This document shows, piece after piece, positions 1 to 18,763 of a stretch of DNA of 64,000 nucleotides (the first letter of the stretch is position 1; every line of letters starts with the position of its first letter). Position numbers and translations under genes: made by a program. The notes beneath the pieces were generated by a model. That model had not been told where the DNA came from. It was given only the letters and a program-made list of their open reading frames with translations, and made no database searches. This DNA comes from the human T2T-CHM13v2.0 reference genome, Homo sapiens. The stretch lies in the NCBI RefSeq assembly GCF_009914755.1, contig NC_060925.1, one strand, 5' to 3'.

Positions 1-499
1 AGAATTAAAAAAATAAATCACGGAGCATCAGTGGATGAAAACAATAGAGCTATCTCAAATGCTGTTTGGTTATAGACAAATAGACAAGGTTTAAATAATT
101 ATAATGGCACCCATCTCCAGGCATTGTGCTGTTCCCCTACATTAGCACTTACCACACTGTATTGTAATTGAGCTGTCAATCTTCTGTTACTGGTCCAAAG
201 CTCCGAGCTTGTGGAGTGTGTTTGTGTTCTCAGTGCCCACGCAGTGTGTGGCATCTTGGAACACTTTTGCTGATCCTCCCAGCACCTCCACAAAAGACAG
301 GTGATTGTCATTTTTATTTTATAAGTGAGAAAATTTAAGCTTAGAAAGGTGAAGTACCTTCCCAAAGTTGCTGAACCAGGATTCAAACCCCTGGTTTTCC
401 CACTGTATTGTGCTGTAAGCAGTCGGTCCCCATTTCCCCTCTGGACTGTGTGCTTATAGCCAGAGGTGGGCCCTCCCTTGTCTTCTCAAAAGTTGGCGA

Positions 500-1107
<608 letters not shown>

Positions 1108-2176
1108 CTCACTATTCATATTATAGACGTTTCTCCAAGTGGCAACAAATTCTCAGAGGGCAGATAGGGGAAGGAAACAGAGAAAACTGAAACCTATCCA
1201 GTTATGAAGGTTGGCCAGGGATAAGCCTTGGGCAAAAGAGAGTTTAGGGATCCTCTGTCAATATCAGACCTGAGGATCAGGCCGTCACCTTTTGCAACTT
1301 TTCTTCTAAAGGGAAATAAGATGATATCGTTCCTATCCTGGGGAGCTTGCTCTCCAAGTTAGTAGTAGTTCCAGCAGAGAGATTGGGGATAGAAGTTAAA
1401 AGCTGAAACTAAATCAACATTTGCATTGCTCACAAACAACAGGATTAGAATGCTTGGGGTTGATGAATAAGAATGAGTTGTTTCAGTCACCTGTCAGAGA
1501 TGGCCTTGATTCTCTCTTTGTCCAGGAACAGTTTCCAGGAGCAGCCTGGGTATCTGAGACTGGCTGCTGTGGGAACAGCCCCAGATACTTCCTTTCCTTT
1601 CTTACCATGTTCCTGTCAAGGCCAGGTAGGCCACCAGGTTTTTCTTTTTGCTGTCCCTAAAGCTACTCTACCTGAAATTCTTCTGACCTCTTTTCCTGGG
1701 TGGAGCTTGCAGAGGGTTTAGTGTTTGAAGTTTTAGGGTTTACTTTTGTTTGTTTGGTGTCATTGTTCCCTTTGATTGGTACCGGGATGAACCAGAATCA
1801 GCTTCTGTCCCTGCTGGCCACCTCACATGGTCCTTCCTATGAGAAAAGAAGAAGGGAGAAGTGAGGGCAGAGTCCTGAGCACCGTGCCTGTCCTTGTCTG
1901 TTCTGCAGATATCTGCTGTTGATACATTCCAAGCCAAAAGAAGCTCTGAAGGGTTCTTTCTGGGAAGCAAACTCCCCACTTGGGTTTTTTAGATCCTAAT
2001 GATTTATGGCCATTCAGCCACAATTCTCCAGCCTATATTGGTAAATACAGCGTACCAAACTCTTAACACCTTGAGTTTTGGACCTGAAAAATGGAAAGAG
2101 TAGGAATCTGACTTATTTTAAGGTACACAGAAACCTCAGGTTTTGTGCTGCAGATATGATAGATAGCCAGGTATGA

Positions 2177-2785
<609 letters not shown>

Positions 2786-3924
2786 TAATCATGTCCTTCC
2801 TTGGCTGGAAAAATCTTCAGTAGTTCCACAACGTTGCTTTTTTGGGTTTGTTTTTAAAAATTCTATTGAAATATACTGAAAAGTGACATATCCTAAGCTG
2901 GATGAACTGTCAGAGGGTGAAAATACACATGGTACTATTGTTCAGATGAAGAAATAGAACCTTACCAACACCTCACATCCTTTGTGCCCCTCCCAGTCAC
3001 TCCCCTTAAAACAGTAGCCAGTATCCTGACTTCTACTAGCACGGATTTATTGTGCGCTTTTGTATTTTATATGAATGGAATTTTACACTATGTGCTCTTT
3101 TGTGCCTGTTTCCTTTTGCTCAGTCGTATCTTGTAGATCCTCCATTCTCACTGCTGTATAATATTCCAGCATGTGTTATGCCATGTTTTGTCTATTTCCA
3201 TTGTCTTTCAGATTGAGTATAAATGTCCCTCCCCAGCATTCAAGGCTCTCCGTAATAGAACCTCTTCTGTTTCCCACTACTCCCTGCATGCGTCCCTCAC
3301 TCAAGCCAGACCACATTTCTGCTCATTCTGCTGACCCTATGGAGCTCAGGCACAGATGCCTCTTGAGTGCTCTTTTGGACTCAAGATAGAAAGGTGTCTA
3401 CAACCCACTTCCTACTCTCAAGGAAGTCATAGTCTATAGAACACAAACTGTTTCTCTTTCTGGGCCTTTGCTCTTGCTGTTTCCCTGGATCTGGAATGTT
3501 TTTGTCCCTCAACCCTCATCCTGCCTACTACAATCCCATGTGTACTTCAAGGGTCCTCTCAAATGCCAGCTGCTCTGTGAAGATTGTTGGGGTCCCCCTC
3601 TCAGTAACCTCTCTCCCCACTCTGATCTCCCAGAGCACTATTTAATACTCCTCTTTAGCACTTGTCAGAGGTTCCTTGGCCTTTTGGACATTTGGAAACT
3701 AACCTGTTCCTTTTTACTTACCTGTAAATTATTTGAGGTAGGGCTATATTTTATTTTATTTTGAAAAAAGCAGTCACTCATATCTAGTGCAATTACTTGC
3801 ACATAATTTGTGCCCAATAATTATCAAAATGAATTGAAGGAGAAGGGGGGCAAAATTCTTGAAGGTTAGGAAGGAGGGGCTTCTTGGGGAGTTGGGAGGC
3901 CTTGGCCAAGAGAACATATTATAG

Positions 3925-4135
3925 AGGGCACTGACCTTGGAGTCACAAGACCTGGGCCCTCTTTACTTCATTTACCAAGTTTATGAACTTGGGCAAATCA
4001 TTAATCTTTTGAAGGCTTGGTTTCTTTGGATGTAAAATGGGGGCATAATAATGGTTGTTTCACAGGGTTGTTGTAAAGTGAGACAATATTTGTGAACATA
4101 CTTTATGAACCATAAAACTCTATGCAATGTAAGGC
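3925..4135 (+). mobile_element. MIR
   Basis: MIR core-like sequence: ttgggcaaatcattaatct...tgtaaaatgggg...cacagggttgttgtaa. Confidence 0.65.
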
Positions 4136-4395
4136 ATTTTCAACTCTCTAGTGGCATTGGCCCTGCAGGTGTTACCACAGTGTCTCCTTGCTGGACTGAG
4201 GGGCCAATAACCATCTGCGGTCCATCTTTTAGCTCTGTTTATTGTATCTCCCTCTGCCCCTTGAATTCATGGTTAAGCTTACTCAGGACATTGTGGGGCT
4301 GCATATCTCCCACCATTCGTGGGCCGGCTGGCATGTTCTTCATCTTTGCCTCTTGCCCCTGGCTTGAGATCTGGTTCAGTGAAAATGATCGTTGA

Positions 4396-4663
4396 GGCCG
4401 GGTGCCGTGGCTCACGCCTGTAATCCCAGCACTTTGGGAGGCCGAAGTAGGAGGATCGCTTGAGCCTGGGAGTTAGAAACCAGCCTGGGCCACATAGTAA
4501 GACTCTGCCGCTACAAAAAAAAATTAGCCATCGCACATGCCTGTAGTCCCAGCTAGTCGAGAGGCTGGAGATGGGAGGATCTCTTGAGCCAGGGAGGTTG
4601 ATCGCGCCACTGTACTCCAGGCTGGGTGACAGAGCAAGACGCTGTCTCAAATAAATAAATAAA
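4396..4663 (+). mobile_element. Alu (J-like)
   Basis: ggccgggtgccgtggctcacg... with a (TAAA)n tail. Confidence 0.9.
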
Positions 4664-4963
4664 TGCACACATAAACAAGATTGTTGACGGAATGACAAGC
4701 CCCACTTGGCTGCAGCACAGCTCTTTCTCGACGTAAGCAATATCCTAGTGTATTGCCATTTAGGATGCTTCACTCCTTGCCTTAGATACGGAGTTGAAGG
4801 AAAATCATGAATGAAAGGGTCTTTGTCAGGAGTCTGCGGATTTATTGACTCCCAAGATGGTTGTGTCTCAGGTTCATCTGTGAAAGTACAGGACCTGAAA
4901 CAGTAGCCACAGCCTGCGTTAAAGTCTACTTTACCTCCCATCCTATCCCTTAATGTTTTCCAG

Positions 4964-6214
4964 AGAAATATTTTTGAAAAGACCAGACAACATCCTAGAA
5001 TTTGCTGCAGGTGAGTAAGGCAGCGTCGGTTTTGGGTATCTGACAAAGCCAGCGCAGGGAGCATGATTGTGAGTTTAGACTTGAATGAGCCCAGGATTCT
5101 CCCTGCAGAGTCTGGGGTACTCCTTCACCCGATGTCCCCAAAAGGAGCTTTTTTCAGCTTTTTCTTTCCTCCATCATCATTTCCTCAAAATGAGGACAGA
5201 CAAGAAATGAGGCAGAACTTCCTCATGGTGAGGATTGTTAAGAATTTTGAGATTCCCAAAGGAACATAGCGGCAGTTTTTCCCTTGGGAATCTTAAAGCA
5301 GGGTTCTCAACCCTAGCTGTACATCAGAATCACCTGGGGAGCTTTTAGAACTACTGATGCTCAGTCCCCACCACCAGAGAGTTTTATTTAATTAGTCTGG
5401 GGTGGGGCCCAGCATACATAGCTTTAAAGACTCCCCAGCTGATTCTAATGGACTGGCTGCCTTAAGGTCAACGGTATTTAGAGGGAAAGGGATGGATTGG
5501 ACGATTTCTTGGTTCCTGTTAGTCCTGAGAATTGGTTACATCCCAGACCTCAAACCATTGCTAACAGAATCTCAATACGCCTTTGCTAGCGCAGCAGATG
5601 CTGCCTCTGATTCACAGTATGCTGGGTGTATAAAAACCCTCATCTGGCGTCATCCTGCGAGAGCCTGGCTCTCCTCTGAGAGGGTATTCTCAGAGAAGGC
5701 GTGATAGCTCAGAGACAGGAGCTGGCAAGCGGAGCTGAGACAAGAATAATACTTGGCATTTATTTGGGCCCCAAGATGGGCCTGGAGCAGAAAACCCAGA
5801 GAATCCCTGAGCCCTCTGATGGCTCTCTGTGCGTCAGCAGGCGGAGGAGCAAACGGTGCGACTCGGGGTAGGTGGGGGGTGGGGGCAGGCACAGCGTGGA
5901 GGGGAGGCAGCCAGCCTCTGGGAGCCCTTCCTGGGAATGTTGGAGCTGGCAGAATCAGAACTGCTCGGGTGGGGGCAGTGACCGTTCATTTTACCATATT
6001 ACATTGTAAAGCAGGGCCACCAGTAGTAGCAGTCCTGCGTACCAAGCCATCCTAACTTTTTGGTGGAGTAAGCTGTCTCCTTCCATGGGTAAATCTTTTC
6101 CCTTTGGGTATAGATGATGTCTTCTTTTTGATTTTTATCCCAGACTACTTCACGGATCCAAGACTTCCCAACAAGATTCACATGCAGCTAATTAAAGACA
6201 AGAAAGCGGCTTAA
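4964..6214 (+). CDS. RIIAD1: RIIAD1 (RIIa domain-containing protein 1), last two coding exons; 5' exons lie upstream of the window
   Basis: Exon 4964-5010 (cag|...GCAG|gtgagt) reads (R)EIFLKRPDNILEFAA. Exon 6144-6214 reads DYFTDPRLPNKIHMQLIKDKKAA-TAA. Phases are compatible. The RPDNILEFAADYF motif is typical of an RIIa dimerisation/docking domain and matches the recalled human RIIAD1 C-terminus. Confidence 0.93.
5297..5478. mobile_element. MER5-family hAT-Charlie DNA transposon remnant
   Basis: cagggttctcaacc...catcagaatcacctggggagctttt...gattctaatg matches the recalled MER5 consensus. Confidence 0.7.
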
Positions 6215-6865
6215 TTAGCAAAATCATGATGCTCAGCTGTTGGGAGGGACCAGACGGAATCCAGCCTCGGGGTGGGTGTTAACCTCACTTACAGACAGAG
6301 GCTTCTTTACTCTTGTGAAAATAAGCTCTGGTTTATTGGTCCAGGGTGTGAAAGAAATCAAGTGGAGAATTTAAAGAGAAGTTTAATGTAAATGTTTAGT
6401 TTTTCCTCTACTGTTTTGGGGAATTAGGGACTGTGAAGAGAGGCCCAGGGTTGATCTGTCATGTCAGTAGCAGGAAGCTTCTTAATGTAGTGGAATGGAT
6501 TAAGGGAATGGAAGTGGAAGTACAGTAGTTCAGGGGTAAAGATGGCAACAGGGAAATGGGGAGGGGGCCATTAGCATCAATATGATGTTCCTGCTGGTGG
6601 CCTTTCCTGTGTGACCTTGGTGGTGAGAGGGGAGACGGTTCCATTGCTTCTGGAAGGGGTGTGAGCAGTTTCCCTCCTTGCTTCTTGGATTGGGCACTTT
6701 CCCACTCCTGCCTCATCTTCAAGCCAGGCTGTGCCATTAAGGCCACCACACGTTTTTCAGGCAGAATGATTCCTGAAATGATATTGAAAGCTGGGATTTA
6801 AAAAAAAAATGTGAGGTGGGAAAAGGTCACACTCCTAATTTGGTGGAACCATTTCTGTTTTGCAG

Positions 6866-6990
6866 GGTCATCTGGAGGCATGAGAGCCCTACTGCCATCA
6901 GTGTGGGTTTCCAAGCTGCCTTGGGCTCTGTCTACTGTCGCAAAAGCTTTTAAAGATATTCATTAAACACGGACCTTCCTGCTCTCTCTG
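6866..6990 (+). other. RIIAD1: Probable non-coding terminal exon of RIIAD1
   Basis: Donor G|GTGGGT at 6271/6272, acceptor tttctgttttgcag ending at 6865, ATTAAA at 6962-6967. The 3' end is uncertain. Confidence 0.55.
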
Positions 6991-8581
6991 CTTTATTTCA
7001 CTCAAGAGGAGGAAGCCATCCTTCAGGGGAGGGCTGCTGTGCCCCACTTTGACGTGTGAGGCAGCCGGCCTGTTTCTGCTTTCAGGGCGGCCAGGGGCCT
7101 CTTGCTGGGTCAGTGGGCTGTCGTGCCCACCCCCTGGGAAGAACACAGCTGATCACGGGGGCACAGAAACAAGCAAGTCCATGCTTCAGCTGTGGTTTTG
7201 TTTTCTTGTTTATCTTACTTCCTGGGTTACTGTACAGAGTGTAAGGTGATGATTAACTTTGATTTCCATAGAAGCAATTGTAAGAGGAATCGGGCTGGAA
7301 GGACATCAAGAGAATGTGAGATTAGCCACAGAAAACCCATTCAGGGTCATGGATATTGTGAAATATGTGCCCAACAAGGGATTTGGGAGTTGTGGGCTTT
7401 GTTCTTGAGGATTTTTGGGAACTTGCTGCCCATCCACTTGATTTCAGGTAAGAGGTATGGGAGTGGACCAGATGGCCTCAGTAAGTCCTTTTCAGGCCTA
7501 GGAGCTTGCGGGGGGTCTTTCATGGTTATGTCCTACCCCTCTGGCCTGCACGATGCACTGGCTCCACTGTAGAAAGAACCTCTCACCTGTGCGTTATTTG
7601 TCAACATCACCGTAGCAACAGAAGCCCAGACCAAAGCAGGGGTTGTATTATTTTTATTTCCCTTGTCTCTGTCGGCCTTGTTCCTAGCTGCCATCACTTG
7701 CAGTAGCAGAAAGGGCAACAAAACAGGGTGTTTAAAGAACTATTAAAACTACACATAATAAGCTATGGAATAGGAACCTGAGGAGTTATTTTTAGTGCCT
7801 TCAGAGTCACACTTCGGGAGCTATGGCACTGACAATAAGATACCCTTCTTTAGAAAATCCAGACGAACCCTTCAGCAAAAAACACACACCTACTAAGGAT
7901 CTCTGATGTGGAGTGTTAGATTAGACAATGCGAGAACCTTTCCTGGGGAAAGAGACCTGGAACAATGTGGGGAGAGAGCAAAGTGTTCTCCAAGATGCTG
8001 TAGCACATGATTTAATACTGGGAGAGTATAGTGGTTCATTCTTGGGGTGGTTTCCTGGCAGAAATAAGAAATGCATTTCTTTTAAAATATTTACACTTAA
8101 GGTACATTTCAATGCCTTCCTGAGTAAAGAATGAATTTAGCACATGTTCATAGGGCATCTGCTTTGTGTGAGATGCTGTTTTATGTCCTGGGGGCAAGAC
8201 ATAAAGACAGTCCCGCCATAGAGTTATTTATAGTCTGAGGAGATGGGCTTATTTTCTGTCTGAATATCTCACCTATTTGACTGAAAGCACCATGAGGGCA
8301 GGGAGCAAACCTAAAAATCTAACTGGTTCACTACTGAATTCCTGACTCCTAGCAGTCTTTGGCAAATAGCAGGAAGTCAGCAAGCATTTGCAGAGAAAAT
8401 GATGCCTGCATAATTGAATGAGCAGTCGCATTACATCAATTGCTATATTGGCAATTACATACCTCTGATGGAAGTAGGTACATAATATAAGGGGAGGTAG
8501 AAGAAAAAGCACCAGGTTTGCCTGGGAGGGTGAGGTCAATCCCACGAGAACTGGCATGTGATGGATTAGAAAGGGTTTGCT

Positions 8582-8860
8582 GGCCAGGCCCGGTGGCTCA
8601 TACCTGTAATCCCAGCACTTTGGGAAGCCGAAGCGGTCAGGAATTTGAGACCAGCCTGGCCAATATGGTGACACCCCGTCTCTACTAAAAATACAAAAAT
8701 TAGCCAGGCGAGGTAGCGCGCGCCTGTAGTCCAGATACTCAGGAGGCTGAGGCAGAAGAATCACTTGAACCCGGGAGGCGGCAGTTGCAGTGAGCCGAGA
8801 TCGCGCCACTTCACTCCAGCCTGGGTGACAGAGCGAGACTCCGTCTCAAAAAAAAAAAAA
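8582..8860 (+). mobile_element. Alu
   Basis: Alu consensus with poly-A tail; flanks repeat gtttgc. Confidence 0.9.
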
Positions 8861-9234
8861 GAGTTTGCCAGGTAGACCTGGGAAGAGGGTAGTCAAGAGC
8901 ACCTTGGTGCTTCCACTCTGCTGAGCAGGATGGTGCTGGCAGGTCCTGTTTGTCACCTGCTCGCCCTTATCCTTTTCTTTCTTGCTAACGGAACTCCAGG
9001 TTTGTTGAGGGCAGCAGTGGATTCAGCCCCAGGTAGTGGATGGAATTTGACCTGGGCCAACCGTAACAATGGCATTCCCTGACTTCCCAGGCTTCCTTGC
9101 AGCTTGGGGTAGCCATTTGTTCATAAGCTAGAGGTAAAAGTGTGCTGGGGGTTCTACAAAAACCTTTGCTTTTCTTAATGAAAAACCGGAGTTGGGGACA
9201 ACAGATTAGGTTGGAATAGCCCTTCCCTTTCTGA

Positions 9235-9570
<336 letters not shown>

Positions 9571-10217
9571 AGCAGCCATCTTAAGACCATGAGGTAATCA
9601 GTGTGAGGGTGAAAGCCAGACCTCTAAAACAGCAGAAAGGGAAGACGGGGAGACCCTGGGGTCCTGATGGCATTTCTGATCACTTAAACAGCCCAGAAAT
9701 CACCCACCTACCTTCAGACTTCTTGGCAAATGAGAATAGTGAATCTCTTTTGTTTCAAAATCAAACCAGAGTTTACATCCTGATCCACCACTTACTAGAT
9801 GTCTGGCCTTGTCCAAATCACTTCACTTCCTTGAGCACTGGGTTTCTCATCTATAAGACCTACAATACCCACCTTTCCAGGTCGTTTGGATTAGAGATAA
9901 AGAATGGACAGTACCTGGTGCATGGGAGGTGTTTGCTAGTGGCGTGCCCCCTGGTGATGTATGAAGTACAAGGGTAGGGGTGGTGAGAGGAAAAGTCAGA
10001 AGAGAAGGTAGGACAAATCAAAGGGTGCTGTGTACTAGGCAAAGGAGGTTAGGTTTTCATCATGTAGGCAATGGAGAGCCAGCAAAGAATTGTAAGCCGA
10101 GGGGAATTTATAAAGAGATTTGCACTGAGAAAGTATAATAGCGTGGAAGACAAATTAGGGGAAACTAAGTCTAGAAATGGGAAGACCTGTAGGGAGACGA
10201 TCATAATTGTCCAAGCT

Positions 10218-10495
10218 GGTCAGGCATGGTGGCTCACGCCTGTAATCCTAAGCACTTTGGGAGGCTGAGGTGGACTTGAGGTCAGGAGTTCGAGACCAGC
10301 CTGGCCAATGTGGCGAAACCCTGACTCTACCAAAAAACCCCACTAAAATTAGCTGGGTGTGGTGACGCACACCTGTGTTCTCAGCCACTCAGGAAGCTGA
10401 GATGGGAAGATCGCTTGAGCCTGGGAGGTCAAGGCTGCAGTGAGCCGAGATCACGCCACTGTACTCCAGCCTGGGCAACAGTGAGATTCTGTGTT
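10218..10495 (+). mobile_element. Alu (J-like)
   Basis: Alu consensus; target-site duplication (TSD) ataattgtccaagctg on both sides. Confidence 0.88.
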
Positions 10496-11074
10496 TTTGT
10501 TTTTTTTTGTTTGTTTATAATTGTCCAAGCTGTCATTTTCTCTCACCTGCACCACTTCAGTTGCTTCTTACCCTGGTCTCTTTGCTGACTCTCTGTCCAC
10601 TATTTCAGTTGAGAATGTATTTAGCTGTAGGTAACAGAAAACCAAATTTATAGTGACTTAAACAAATACGGGGTCATTTTTCTCACCTAACAAGTTCAGC
10701 AGTAGGCAAGAGTCAAAGGGTCAATGATGTTGACAAGTACCCAGACCAGGTTTTTTCTGTCCTCACTCTGCCAGCCTTAGCCTGTCCCGTCATGGCTGTG
10801 AGGCCTCCTGCACTCTCAGGTGTCCTCTTTACATTTCAGGCAGGGAGAAGGGCAGAGAGCTGCGCCAGCTGACTGTGTCCCTTTTTATCAGCAAAGACAA
10901 ACTTTCTCCGAAGGTCTCCCACCTCTCCCTCACTGGCCAGACCAGGGTCTTGCGGCCCATCCTCAACAGAGACCAGGAACAGGAGGGAAACTGCTGGGTC
11001 AGCCCCAAATCAGCATCTGCCCCACCTGCACTTTCTGATCCATCTTCCATGTAACAGCTAGGATAATTCTTTTT

Positions 11075-11725
<651 letters not shown>

Positions 11726-11779
11726 CAGCTGCTCAATACGCATTTGCTGAATGATAAATCGATGGGATGTTGGAAGACT

Positions 11780-12270
11780 GAACTGCAGGATGAGGCCTTG
11801 ATATATGCAGTGGCATGAAAACAGGAGGTGAATTCTAGACATATTTAGGAAGGGGAATTGGCAGGACCTGTAATTTGAATGGGGTGGAGTTATTACAGAA
11901 GTTGTAGATTCTAGAATGACTTCCAGGTTTCTTGCATGGGAAAGAAGAGGAATGCTGGAATCATTCACTAATACAGAGGGGAAGCAGGTAGGGGCAGGGG
12001 AAATGGGGAGATGAATTTTGGCCAAAAGTTTTCCACTGAGTTTGCAGTTGGGTCATGGTGATGTGAACATGAATAGCTTCAGTGGGGTAGGCAGAAGTCA
12101 GATTGCGGTCAACTTGGTGGCAATTGGGAGATGAAGACATGGAAGTAGATATACACTGCCCTTGAAGACAGCTTTCTAGGAGCATGGATGGGAGAGGAAA
12201 TGGAGAAAGGGCAGTCGTTGGAGGGGGAAGCAGGGTCAAGGGTGGTTTCTTGTAATGGGAGATGCTTGAG
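11780..12270 (-). mobile_element. L2 fragment
   Basis: Degenerate L2-type 3' sequence (gaatgacttccaggtttc...; minus-strand RNLEVILES-like remnant). Confidence 0.6.
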
Positions 12271-12844
12271 CATCCAGTAATTGGACGCTTTCATCTCTTC
12301 TGATATATTTTACTTTTAAGGTAAAGTTAGGAGTGTCTTGGAATTGCTGCTCAGATTGGATCTGATATCCAGAGAGCAAATACACGAGCTAATAAGCTGG
12401 CTACAGGCAGGCATGCTTTGCCACCTAGTGACCTTCAGCAACCCCTCTGTGTCAGGTTCCTGATCTTCAAAATTGGAGCAGTAGCTCTCCCTAGGCTTGC
12501 AGTAAGGATTGCCTCAGTGTGTGGTTGCCTTGCTGTGTCCACGGGGTGGGAAGGAAGGGCAATGTCTGGAAAGCAGGCCACTCTCAGTCTAGCTGGACTG
12601 GTCTCTGCTGCCCTCTCCTGGGCATGTCTGCAGAGTTGACATGCTGTTTGGAGAATGCCTGCTCAAGGCCTGAGTGGAATGTCAGCAGGAGGGAGAGAAG
12701 AGGAAACAAGGCTGGGCTGGGAGTGGGAAAATAGTAACAAACACACAGATTCCTGTAATAGAAAGTTCTTTAGATGTTACAAAGACCAGGGCCTTAGCCC
12801 TGGGCAGTGCTGCTTCAATGAGTACCTTAGACGTTTACTTCTTT

Positions 12845-13125
12845 CTTTTTTTTTTTGAGATGGAGTCCATAGGCTGGAGTACAGTGGTGATATCTCAGCC
12901 CACTGCAACCTCTGCCTCCTGCATTCAAGTGATTCTCATGCCTCAGCCTCCCAAGCAGGTAGGATTACAGGCATGTGCCACCATGCCCAGCTAATTTTTG
13001 TATTTTTAGTAGAGATGGGGTTTCACCATGTTGGCCAGGCTTGTCTCAGACTTGTGATCTCAAGTGATCTGCCCACCTTGGCCTCCCAAAGTACTTGGAT
13101 TACAGGCATGAGCCACCATACCCAT
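12845..13125 (-). mobile_element. AluS
   Basis: Reverse Alu; TSD gtttacttctt. Confidence 0.9.
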
Positions 13126-13393
13126 TCAATGTTTACTTCTTTAAAGTATCTGAAGAGAAACCTTGCAAATTGATTATTCATTCATTTATTCATTCACTTA
13201 TTCACTCATTCAACAAATATTAGGGCGTATTATGTACTCAAGATGCAAAGTTTTGGGAATAAGACACACTCCTCAAGGAACTCATGGTCTAGTGAGTGAA
13301 GACAGATACATAGATACATAGATAATTACAGTACAGTTTCAAAAGTAAAATGTAAGATGTACAGTGTATTCTTGATTACATGTATTCAATAGT

Positions 13394-16124
<2,731 letters not shown>

Positions 16125-16143
16125 ATAGCTATAGCTGCGTTAG

Positions 16144-16446
<303 letters not shown>

Positions 16447-16648
16447 AGGACTAATCTTGAATAAAATCCAAACACAATGTCTGTTTGGCTTTGAAATACA
16501 ACACTGTATGATTTCTTTTCCTCTGCGATGCCCCTTCAATGGCAAAGTAACATGGTAATGTAACCTTGTGAAATTCCACAACCAAACCAACTAGGAAGAA
16601 AGAGTAGCCGTTTAGAGCTGTAAGAAATATCTAAAAAATACTTATCTA

Positions 16649-17020
<372 letters not shown>

Positions 17021-18385
17021 AAAGGTACTATAGTGGATACTGTTGTGCCACCCAGATACCCACCCCCATCAGGACTGAAGCACTCATCCTTGTCCTCCCC
17101 CCAGCACTTCTGGGAATTTTGGGTGACTGACAGTTCCTGGTTGCACCAGCATTTCCAAGAATTTGGGTGACTGACAGTTCCCAGCTGGGCTTCCTCCAGG
17201 AGTTACCCTTAAGTGAAAATTCATTCAAGATTATGCCCCCTCCTAAGACAGTCTGCATCTACTGGTCAATGTGGAAGTATATTCCCCTGCATGATTCTGA
17301 TTTCCTTGTCTCAGTGGGGGACAACTCTGCAGGGCCACAACAGTTCCTGAGTTCCTGCTGTCCAGTTCTAAGGCCTTCACTTTCTCCCAGTGTTGTTGAT
17401 CCTGAGAGCACGACTCAATGAACTGCTTTTACTCAAATCTCCATCTGAGAGTATATTTCCCGAGGAACCCAGCCTGACAGTCAGTGCCAAGAGTGCTGAG
17501 GAAGCAGATTCTAAAATGAGATTCTAAACTGGAAATACCTGTTGGCCGCTGGCAGGGAGGGCCACTGGCAGTAGGTGGAGCATGGAGATTCCCCAGCAAG
17601 GTATCAGTGCAACTGTCAAAGCTTTCACTAGTGCTGAACTGGGATGGGATCCTGGGGGAAAGCAATGCTTAGTGGGGGAAATATATCAGGTCTGATAAAT
17701 ATATCAGGTTTTATAAAGACAATGGAATTGGATGGCTAGCTGGAGGCAATCAATGCATTGGACAAAGGCAATGAAAGGTTGAGGGTGATTGATCACCAAA
17801 TAAAGGCTAAGAGTGAAAGCCCAAGGCCCTCCTTAGCAATTTAAAAGACATTTTTTATCTTTTGTATCTAGAGGCCCCCCAAAATTGAGAATAAGGTCCA
17901 ATATTTAATTGTAAGAGTAGCAGGGCTCCAAAGAAGGTTGAATTCTTAACACTGGCAAGAAGGAGTGAGACCCTGAGACATAGGAGTGGGGGCAGCTGGG
18001 TTAATGCTTTAAAAAATCTTGAATTTTTAAATTCTCCATCTTTTGGGCCTGCAAAAGTGCCCACTTGTTCCTGGTAAAGGCTATCACTACTTCCTTGCTT
18101 AAGGATGATAGAGAAGCCTCTGGCTTGCAAGACCACACAGGTTCCCTTCAAAACCTACCCCACCTCCTCTCCTGATCTGCAAACCAATAACTAGGATTAA
18201 GTACTTTTAGAACTCAGCTAAGATTCCCCTAAGAGAAAAAATGCACCATGCCCTGGAGGTTCAAGAGGACCTAACTAGCAAATACAGGTTGGAGATGTAT
18301 GGGACTGGATTCTGAGGGTGTTGGATCAAGGAGGGTGGGACATAAAGTTTGATAAGGGAGAGTGTATGGATATGGGAGCCCATTC

Positions 18386-18686
18386 TTTTTTTTTTTTTTT
18401 AAGACAGAGTGTCACTCTTGTTGCCCAGGCTGGAGTGCAGTGGTGTGATCTCAGCTCACTGAAAACTCCACCTTCCGGTTTCAAGCGATTCTCCTGCTTC
18501 AACCTCCTGAGTAGCTGGGATTACAGGCACATGCCTGCCATCATGCCCGGCTAATTTTTGTATTTTTAGTAAAGATGGGGTGTCACCGTGTTGGCCAGGC
18601 TGGTCTCAAACTCCTGACCTTGCGATCCGCCCCGCCTCAGCCTCCCAAAGTGCTGGGATTACAGGCATGAGCCACTGCGCCTGGCC
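18386..18686 (-). mobile_element. AluS
   Basis: TSD tatgggagcccattctt on both sides. Confidence 0.92.
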
Positions 18687-18763
18687 TATGGGAGCCCATT
18701 CTTAGGATATGGGATTTAGTACTCTGACAAAGACCCTAAGAGATGTTGCTAACATTCTGATAG

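Noticed and set aside
4279-5064. Longest ORF in the track (261 aa, minus strand)
   Set aside because: Its C-terminal half is an antisense Alu translation, it has no recognisable domain, and it lies antisense to a real RIIAD1 exon
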